Part shown: one piece after another, positions 19,835 to 20,000 of the stretch
Layout of the letters: each line of letters starts with the position of its first letter
Numbering within the stretch: the stretch's first letter is position 1
Assembly (NCBI GenBank): GCA_001724265.1
Contig: MEDY01000212.1
Coordinates: 45,152-65,151, forward strand
Source: Rhizaria sp. SCN 62-66
Taxonomy: Eukaryota
Length of the DNA stretch: 20,000 nucleotides
Reading direction: 5' to 3'
Position numbers and translations under genes: made by a program
Notes under the pieces: model-generated
Database searches by the model: none
What the model saw: only the letters and a program-made list of their open reading frames with translations
Told to the model about the DNA's origin: nothing

Positions 19835-20000
19835 TTAATCGAGGGCGACCTTCTTGCCGTTGCCGTTGGCACGGTTCTTGCGGTTGAGGATGGACTGGCG
19901 AGAGCCGTTCATGTAGAGGTCGGTGACGACGACGTTGGAGGTGTGGATGGGGACCTGGACAGAGGTGCCGTTGTTCTTGTCGGTGGTGAGGCCCTCGAGG
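19835..20000 (-). CDS. RPL26: 60S ribosomal protein L26 (uL24), 3' end only; the 5' part lies beyond the window; ends TAA
   Basis: Manual translation from 19999: LEGLTTDKNNGTSVQVPIHTSNVVVTDLYMNGSRQSILNRKNRANGNGKKVALD*, which aligns with eukaryotic L26 [41 protein letters not shown]. Not in the ORF track. Confidence 0.9.
   Translation of the reverse strand, partial: LEGLTTDKNNGTSVQVPIHTSNVVVTDLYMNGSRQSILNRKNRANGNGKKVALD

Overview
Eukaryotic, most likely protist, nuclear DNA: GC-rich coding regions full of Ala/Gln/Ser/Gly/Asp low-complexity tracts, AT-rich spacers, and GT-AG spliceosomal introns with long pyrimidine tracts. Genes in order: class II dihydroorotase (+, 1 intron); a small unknown membrane or secreted protein (-, 1 intron); a decayed C2H2 zinc-finger pseudogene (+); an ENA-type P2D Na+/K+ ATPase (+, 1 intron); RPA-interacting protein RPAIN/RIP (-); a ~1,100-aa Ala-rich coiled-coil protein with a KKAEEEAAAA repeat tail (-, 1 intron, 1-nt frameshift in the repeat); RRP15 (+); and the 3' end of RPL26 (-). 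Main observation: two otherwise intact conserved genes each carry one in-frame TAG. In RPAIN it sits between the N-terminal/middle domains and the C-terminal Zn finger, at the start of a poly-Gln tract. In dihydroorotase it is created at the splice junction, at the conserved K-[E]-x-x-x-x-C-A-G position. All confident gene ends are TAA or TGA. This suggests a nuclear code in which UAG alone is a sense codon (Gln or Glu best fit the contexts), although nonsense mutations or assembly errors are not excluded. Splice-acceptor-like signals also lie just upstream of most start codons, pointing to 5'-UTR introns or spliced-leader trans-splicing.
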